A DNA stretch of 64,000 nt from Octopus vulgaris (taxonomy: Eukaryota): assembly GCA_951406725.2 (NCBI GenBank), contig OX597817.1, forward strand, positions 118,048,001 through 118,112,000. Reading direction: 5' to 3'. A model generated the notes under the pieces. The model was given only the letters and a program-made list of their open reading frames with translations, was not told the DNA's origin and did no database searches. Every line of letters starts with the position of its first letter. Position 1 is the stretch's first letter. This document shows positions 55,368 through 64,000 of this stretch, in pieces. The position numbers and the translations under genes were made by a program.

Positions 55368-56700
55368 CTAGGAGTCCTCGTCACAACCATGTATCCAACC
55401 GCTGTATGCGGTTGGATACTTTACTTTTATAAACTGTACTTTTTAAAGGTTATGTGACTGCAGACAGGCTTTATGTCTCCTCTGAATTTCTTGAAGCGGC
55501 GGTCAATAGCGAATTGTGCGTTTCTTCACCGATAAATTCAATTGAAAATTTCTATACTCTAGGCTGAATTTTACTTTCAGTATATATTGAAAATATTGTA
55601 GGATCCCAATATACGCAATTGTATTTTGTTGATATCTTAAGTATTACACAAACATTTCGGATTCATAAATTAGTGATGCGTTAACTGGGTTTTATCCCTA
55701 TGCTCTATTCTGCAGCATCACATATGTTTGGATATCAATATCTTTTTATCCAACATTGTATGCATACGCCGATACTGACTTTGTGCTCGTTTATAGAAAT
55801 ACAAACAGAAATATTGTTTACATTCGTCTGTGTACATATGACGTTGTCTATAAATCTATAGACAACGTTAAAGATACAATACTGTTTAGGCACGCTTTAT
55901 TACTCGAGCAAGCTGTAAGAATACACGAACGCGTCTTCTTTTACAAGCGGCGTCTCTATTTATTAAGTAAATGTACTATATTAGTCTTTGTTCTTCATTG
56001 TAGTGCCAGCGTCTCCCAGGCATGTCATCCAATATGTCCTGTCCTTTATCCCAATAGCAGAGGGGTACAATGCCTCTTTTGCATCAACCAATGATAGAAA
56101 AAAGTGTTAAGAGTCCCTAAACCATCTTTTCGATCTTGTCATCACGCTATGAGATCTTTTGAGCACTTCAAATTACCATCAAAATGATCGTGGATCTTCT
56201 TCATTATACAGGGTTCGATGATATGAAGACGAATACCATGTACTTACTCTTACCTTCAACTTTCCTCCATTCTGTCCAACGACAGACTGAGTGTTCTTAT
56301 TATGGGGATTGCTCAAGTGTGCAGGTGTGAAAATAACGTGAGATTGTAGTGTCTTCTTCGTCAAGTGCAACTTTAATTGAATCGAGGATGTTTTCTGTTT
56401 ATAGTGAACCTAGATTTATGATTCTGGTTCGCTTCCTTTAAATCCTCTCTGTCATTTACACTCTCGTAGGAAATGAACTTCAGCGAATAATTCGGAGCTA
56501 ATCCAGTGCTATATACATGTTGGTAGTGGTTAGGGTTTCTTCTGCAATATTTCAAATATTGACCCACTACATGACACAGAAAGCGATGATACTTTTGTAC
56601 TGTAACAGTAAACTCCTTACGCCCGTTAGCACCACGATCTACGTTTCTACAGTAAATTTATCTGTTATTTCCTTCAATGAATTCTATAATTAGATTTAAG
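55368..56700 (-). mobile_element. Decayed autonomous Helitron 3' part (PIF1-type helicase C-terminus, hairpin, CTAG)
   Basis: Peptide scraps in helicase order: HGIRLHI (cf. NGTRL), AIGIK-GQ (cf. TINKSQGQ), LTACSS (cf. YVACSR), FNVVY (cf. NIVY). Perfect 12-bp hairpin 55391-55419 and CTAG 55368-55371 lie downstream. Confidence 0.45.
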
Positions 56701-57259
56701 AATCTGAAAAGAGTTACATTCACCTGAATTCTTGGAGCTATTTAATCAACTTTATTCTAGCAAGGCCTTAAAATCTGTCAAAGAGTAAGTACTATTGGTC
56801 CGTATCAGAAGAGGCATGGAAATAGTTCGGTTAAATGATAACCTCATTCATTTCAACACATAGGTTTCTCGAACGTTAGCCATGGACTATTTCCATAGTC
56901 TTCAAATGCAAGGGGTATTTTCTTTTTCTCTGTCTCTTTCTGTCTCTCTTACACAATTTAATTGCTTTTATGCTTTACTCTCAGTTGAAAAAGTCGCAAA
57001 GCCTGAAACTGGTACGAAAATGTTCTTCATGGGCATTTGTCTTATTTTCCTTATATATATCAACTCGTGTGTTCCTTTTCAATCTTCTACATAAATATAT
57101 ATAACAGAAGCAGAATTAAGAGTTACAAACCTCATTTAGAGATAGGAAAATCCTATGAAAGTACTGGTTAGTTACCTATACAAAGAATATTGAACATTAC
57201 ATTTAGTACTCAACTGCAAGGTAACTATATCAAACGTGGTTTATATAAGTTTATATATA

Positions 57260-57396
57260 GGCGCAGGAGTGGATGTGCGGTAAGTAGCTTGCTTACGAAC
57301 CAAATGGCCCCGGGTTCAGTCTCACTGCGTGTCAACTTGGGCAAGTGTCTTCAACTATAGCCTCAGGCCGACCAAAATCTTGTGAGTGGATTTGGT

Positions 57397-57445
<49 letters not shown>

Positions 57446-57672
57446 TAAACACACAAACATCGGTTGTCAAGCGATGTTGGGGTAAATAACACAGACACAC
57501 AAACATATGAACCAACATATATTGTTTACTTTCCCGTGACTTAGCGGTTCGGCAAAAAGTACCGATAGAACAAGTACTAGGCTTACAAAGAATAATTCCT
57601 AGGTATGATTTGCTCGACTAAAGGCGATGCTCCTGCATGGCCGCAGTCAAATGACTGAAACGAGTAAAAGAG
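57260..57672 (+). mobile_element. SINE family B with both termini and an internal inversion
   Basis: ggcgcaggagtggatgtgcggtaag (box A), gggttcagtct (box B), internal (TA)n, conserved tail; 57445-57508 inverted. Confidence 0.92.
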
Positions 57673-57985
57673 TTTAAGTGTAAAGAGTATAATAATAACA
57701 GGAGAAACTGGAGAGGTAATTACTAAATTATTATTTATGAATAAAAAAATTGACAAACATCCTTTATTGCAGGCTTTCAGAAAATTAATTAATTAAATTT
57801 AAAATTATTTGAAAGTTGAATCTCTTCAGAATCTCTATCTCTTTAGAATAAGATAAAGATATACAAATTAGGTGTTCAATTCTTGCATGTTGAGGAAGTG
57901 GATGCAAACCTTTAACGTTGAATAATAATTTATTAATTGCCCCTCTATTTTCTCATTTTATTATACAGATATATATGTGTGTGTG

Positions 57986-58052
<67 letters not shown>

Positions 58053-58090
58053 TGTGTGAATGTGTGTGTATTTGTATTGTTGTATTATGT

Positions 58091-58381
58091 GATGGTCATT
58101 TTCTTTTTTGCGGAATAAGCACACGCACTATATATTAGTTCTTCACTCGTTTATAAATGTTCATATCTTAACTCATTGGCTGCAAATCATTTGTCACGTG
58201 TCTGTGACCTCTTCAGCGACAATTTCCGTCTTCGTGTGTCACGGAAAGTGTCGCTGAAGAGGTAACAGATGTGTGACAAAAGATTTCCGGACAATGGACA
58301 TGAGTTAGAATAAGAACCGTAATGAACGAGTGAAGAACGAATATATAGTGCGTGTGTTTATTTGCCAAAAAAAGGACCATC
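58091..58381. repeat. Diverged ~290-bp fold-back with CTGAAGA near the centre of each arm
   Basis: 58091-58229 is the reverse complement of 58240-58381; follows a (TA)n(GT)n tract. Confidence 0.85.
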
Positions 58382-59626
58382 CTGGAATACCACAATATCT
58401 GCTGTAACACACTGTTTCACCTTAGTAATCTTACAATACAAATTGACATATGTATATATATGTATGTATCTGTGAGTGTGTGTATATATATATGCAGTTT
58501 ACCCGGTTTTTCTCTCCATAGGGACAGTGTATATACAACATTGTTTACATCTAGTTATTTACATAGTGTTAGGTAAGAATGAATGGATATGTACGCATTC
58601 ATATAGCATAGATGCTGTTACCACTGACAATCAAAGACTTTAAGTGCTATACTAAAATCTCCCAAAGAAAGGAGTATGTCAACACGCTTTATATAATTAT
58701 TTTTCCAAATTCATCACACAATTTGACATACGTAATCAATGTATATTTCCTGTAATGATACATCTCGAGTTACATATTCTAAGGCTGTGTTTTTTAAGCC
58801 AAAAAGATATGGTTAGCTGTAAACTTAGCTGTAATTTCATGCACGCGCTGCGATAACATGATAGAGATTCTCTTGTGCATACATGGCTAAGTGATAGGAG
58901 AATGACCACAGTCGTCACAGGTGTGATTCTACAAGTAAAGAGGCAACATACATGAAAATGATATTACTCTTCACGAACCAATTTTCTTTAAACATACGAC
59001 TTCGAAGAAACCAATGTAAAGCACTACTGTTCCATATACCGACTAAAATTTGATAAACAAATACAAATTAAATAGTACATGTGTGATAAGAATAGATTAT
59101 AGTTATTTTTGATAGGAGAGAAAAGGAATGACACGAATAGCAAGCAATAAAGCAACTACACATCATTAGTATGATACATGGTACAAAAAAAAAATTTTGT
59201 ATTTGATAGGTTTTCTTAGGTTATTCAACATTGTGACATTGAGCTTGATCAAAATAACTAGCGTGAACTTAGTATGGTCTGTTACTATCTGCATGAGTTT
59301 CGGTGTATTAGACATTTATATCAGTTACCTTGAATGTTATGGTTTCTGAGAAAATATATTGTTCCTACAAACTTTTTAAGACATAGGTTTCTATAAAAAA
59401 CATAAATTTATACATGATATTTTTTACAGATCTATTGTAAACTTAGAAAAGCAGATATTAATGCAGATGTCTTTTCAAACACTTTTAATAATTAAGATGG
59501 TTAATGTCATTATCACGGTTCTTCAGATGTTCTAAAACCATATTTTAACACATTTTGATGCTATACTGTGAAGTTAAAGACTTTCATTCAGCACCCGAAC
59601 TGCCATACAACAGCGCACACACAAAT

Positions 59627-59704
<78 letters not shown>

Positions 59705-61907
59705 AGAGGGAGAGAGTTGCAAAAACAGTGATATATATGTATATATATACATGCATGTATACATGTCGTTTTTAGTATGTCACGATATTTTGAAATCGAC
59801 GATTGATATCCATTGAATCCACCCAAGAATCAAATCTAGCTCATCCCTGTGTAGGGGCAGTGTCGTTTTTGAAGTATTCTAATAATATCTACCATACAGA
59901 ATTGAAACACTTTATATGTCAGGTATATATATGATGGTAGATACCTATGAACACATTAAATGAATATTTACAAAATTTTGTTTCATATTTCTGATATTCC
60001 AATTCATATTCTGTTGGAGTTCATCCTCCATGCATATTTTCTTAAGGTGATAACATGTAGTTAATTGAGTATAACCCAATATTGAATAGTGTAACATCAT
60101 TGAAATATAATATTTAGCAATTCAATTTAACAGCATTTAAAGTCAAGGCAGAAATAAGAAGTTCATTGATATTCACAGCACTGGTGTAGTGTTTTATGAA
60201 CTTCAGTATTAATTTAACCAAAACATGGGATTATGAATACACCGTTCACACTTTTCCGATGGTATTGAGGGCATACTTGATTCGTTGGGGAACATCTATC
60301 AGTATTTACCTTTGCTATTTGAAATCTATACAAGATATATTTGTATGTATACGATTTGGAATAAGTAATTAGTAGATAGGCCCACATATTCTGCGTAAAG
60401 ATTTCGATGCGTTGCAAAATGAGAGAAAAAAGAACTAATGGTTTTAAATCGATACTTTCTTAGAAAGCTTTCGTATAGAAAATGCTTATCCGTTTCTTAT
60501 ATGACAAAATTTGTGTTGAATTGCGTTATAGCAACTGGAATTTTATTAACACTTGTTTACCTTTCATTAAACAGCAAAGATTTACAACATTTGCAACTAT
60601 GGGAAGAACGCAATTTTATTACATTTAGTGCTTGAAGATTCAATATATAGCATGGAAGTCGAAATAGGATGAGTGTTTGTGTCATTATTTCTTGCTTCGA
60701 AATCTGATATGTATTATCAGACACTTAAATCCATGTTGAAAGCTGACTATTAAAGTGGCGATAAGTGAGTTGTATCTTAGCTGTGTATTTGAAAATTCTA
60801 AATGTGCACAAGAAACCAAAAGATAGTAGTGATATAAAAATACTTCCCAAATGCATTGAACATCTGCTTGTAAATGTGTTAAGAATAACTTTTGAATATC
60901 TTAAATAAACAAACATTAAGTTTTAAATGTTAATAATATTTTCTAGTCTATATGTGATTTAATGACTGCCGGACTAGGAAATATCTTATTAGTTTGACAA
61001 GAATAATAGACATGCCAAGGAACAATAATTCATGTATCATTACTATTTACAAATAACAAAATAAAATAGTCGTATCATTCGTCATATTTTAATATATTTA
61101 GACATTTTCATAAAATAGAATATTCACAATGATTTTATAATAATCAGATTGTATCAGATATGGAGGTATAATATTTTGAATTGAAGAAACATATCACTCC
61201 TTAGCATCATCAGGAGTTCAGTAGGTTTTGAGGATAATGTTAAAGAATGTTTTCCCTTCTTGTAATTCTAAAATGTTAGGTCATTACATTTTCTTTTCTG
61301 TCATCAACGAAAGTTTACCAAGAAAAGAACAAGTTTTCTTAATGTAAAAACTGTCAACCCGAAGACAATGTCAATGCGGTTATTTTATGGATTTGTCAAA
61401 GCAAGCTTGATAGAGAACAAATGTAATTTCATGAATTAGAATAAAAAGACACCACAGATTCTAATTCCATACCCAATTTTGCTACACGTTTACTGTTTTA
61501 CTGCAAGAAATCTAAACCTCTCTTAAATACATTTGCTGTAACTAACGGCAGAATTTAGACTGTGAATTATTAGTGGAAAATATAATTCCCTTTACCTTTA
61601 GATTTATGCTCCCTTATAGTAGATTCTGTTAAAACTCTGTTCGACTCTAATCAACCATACCTGATATTTATGGTATCCCAGTGGCAATCATCCAACATGT
61701 TTCATTGTTTTCCGAGAAGATACACCTTGGACCACATTATCCAATGCCTCCGACTTTAGGGCGAAAATATATGACTACATAAAAAATTTGCTTGCTATTT
61801 CTATAAGGTTGAGTATCCACATGGTAGAGATCTTCTAGTGAACATGAGGTGGAATAACATAAATATTAGGAAAGTAACGACAGTAGAGCAAATCATATTT
61901 GAACATA

Positions 61908-63498
61908 CACTGGCCGAAATAAGTTTAAGACCGATGATGAAAGTTCTATTCCTTCATTAATTTATTTTTAACAAAACAGTATAAAATTAATTTACATTTT
62001 ACAGTTTATGTAGATTTTCTTTTCTTTTTCTAATGATATAGTCGTTATATAACTTTCTATTGTTATAATAATTTTAATGCGCAATTATTTCAAATGATTA
62101 GGAATTGTCGGGAAAATAAGTTTAAGTCTGTACCAAGATTATGCAAATTAATATACCAGATGGATGGCCATATGGCTAGTCGTATTGCACTGTTTTGTTT
62201 AATAACCGAGCATTGTTACACATTAATTCGCTATGGGAAAGCGTCGTAGTATCAGCCCAGTTACTAGATCAAAGATAGCATTGTTTCATCAGCAAAATGT
62301 GTCCTTCATAAACATCAGCAAGCGGGTACGATGCAATAAAACGGCTTGTGTTCGAGAATGGAAGCTTTACCAAGATCGGCAAAGAACGGGCGCTCCGAGA
62401 GAACAACTGTACAATTGGATCGGCGAATCCATAGGCTCTCTGAAAGTAATGCTAATATCAGTAGACGTTTGCAAGCAATTAGCAGAAACTGACATCAGCT
62501 CTACACCACAAACTCTCAGAAACCGCCTAAAAGAATTAAGACTGTTCGGTCGGGTCGCTCGAAAGAAGCCGATAATTTCTGAGACGAGCCGGCGGAAGCG
62601 GATCGAATTTGCTAAAAACTGTATTGAATGGACGGCCTAAGACTGGTCAAAAGTTCTTTGGAGCGACAAATAGCGTTTCCGCATCTTTCGATCAGACGGA
62701 AAGATTTATGTTAGACGCCATCCAACTGAAGAATTTCATCCTAAGTGTGTCAAGAAAACGGTGCAACGGGAGGGCGGGGTAATGGTGTGGGCCTTGTTCA
62801 GTAGCGTGGGTGTTGATCCGATTCTTAAAGTTGATGGCAGACTGAATAGTGTAGGCCATCTGCAATTAATAGATGGAAAAGTGCTGCCATATTTAAATAA
62901 TCAGATGCCACCGGGATCTATTTTCCAGCAGGAAAATTGCACTGTTCAGAAGGCTAGGAGAGTTTTGCAATTTTTGAGCGCAATAATATCGGGGCCGCCG
63001 TAAAGCCCGGATTCCAGTCTGATAGAATCTTTATGGAATTATTTTTGTAAAAGATGTCATGCTAAAAAAATCTCCAACAAATCTGTCCCAATAATCTTAT
63101 TAATGAAATATGGCAGAACATTCCAAGTGATTTTTGTGCTCATTTGCCGAATATCATATCCCGCCGTTGTAAGATCGTAATTGAACATAATGGCTATGGA
63201 ATAAGATACTAATAATACATTTTTGTTCGTTGATCATTTGTGACGTAAAGTTTCAATTTAAACAAAATAATATTGGTATAGTCTTAAACTTATTTTGCCG
63301 ACAAAATTTAATTATTTGAATTAATTGCACATTAAAATTATTCAAATTGTAGAAAGATATATAACGCCTATATCATACGAAAGAGAAAATGATTCTACAT
63401 AAACTCTAAAAAGTAAAATAATTTTATAGTTTTCTTAAAAATAAATTAATGAAAGAATAGAACTGTCATCATCGGTCTTAAACTTATTTTGATCACCG
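61908..63498 (+). mobile_element. Full-length Tc1-family DNA transposon, IR-DR type, ~1.6 kb, inactive
   Basis: TA then cactggccgaaataagtttaagaccgatgatg; the right end is its reverse complement, followed by CA (mutated TA). ~225-bp TIRs each hold two aaataagtttaag direct repeats. Confidence 0.95.
62233..63212 (+). pseudogene. Tc1 transposase pseudogene
   Basis: HTH region, GRVARKKP, WT*DWSKVLWSD, GGVMVWA, FQQEN (cf. QQDN), SPDSSLIESLW (cf. SPDLNPIENLW); internal stops. Confidence 0.93.
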
Positions 63499-64000
63499 CA
63501 TGCGCCTTTATCCAGAAGCATTGAAAAAAGAATATCACCGGAAAAAACACAAATCCTACTGAGAAAAGGTAGGAAAATATTTTTATCTTTGTGAAAATAT
63601 AGAATACTGAAGAAAATAACTCGGGGAACTTCAAAACAATTACAAAGACGAATTTAAAGGAAAAGTAATGAGTACGTCCATAGTTTGTGTGTGAGAAGTA
63701 GAACGGCCCAGTCGAACTTTCACGACAAATGCACGTTAAATTGTAATTTAATTGAATCCTAAATTCAGAATTCATATACTGTTTAAATCAATAGTGATTA
63801 TAAATATTTAATGCACTAAAATCAAAAGAACCAGGGTTTCAATTGGCTGGAATACAAAAAGTATTCTATTTAAATTATTCCACTCTAAATTAGACAGTAT
63901 GATTATATAATTTTTGTTTTTGATATTATCCTAAATATATCTAACGTACTATAAATTTCATACTAGTAAAAATAAAATTAGGATGTATTAAGGATTCAGT

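Noticed and set aside
57260-57335. tRNA gene
   Set aside because: tRNA-derived SINE head continuing into the SINE body; no complete cloverleaf

Overview
AT-rich, microsatellite-dense animal non-coding DNA. The SINE families point to an octopus or other coleoid cephalopod (inference). No convincing host protein-coding gene is present; most listed ORFs are translations of (TA)n, (CA)n or (TAA)n tracts. Recognisable elements are: two Penelope-like retroelements (RT + GIY-YIG), one forming a ~3.7 kb near-perfect palindrome; a Dong/R4-type REL LINE inside a (TAA)n tract; a full-length dead IR-DR Tc1 transposon; remnants of maT/DD37D-like, Chapaev3-like, piggyBac-like, Helitron and Tx1-like elements; and two SINE families. 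The most striking pattern is about nine sequence-unrelated short fold-back elements, nearly all next to (TA)n tracts and mostly asymmetric. Most carry a complete, variant or eroded minimal hammerhead-ribozyme motif (CUGANGA...GAAA, often with a palindromic loop III), as do the 3' repeats of both Penelope elements. This suggests a diverse population of non-autonomous, ribozyme-bearing Penelope derivatives. All alignments and folds were done by eye and coordinates are approximate.
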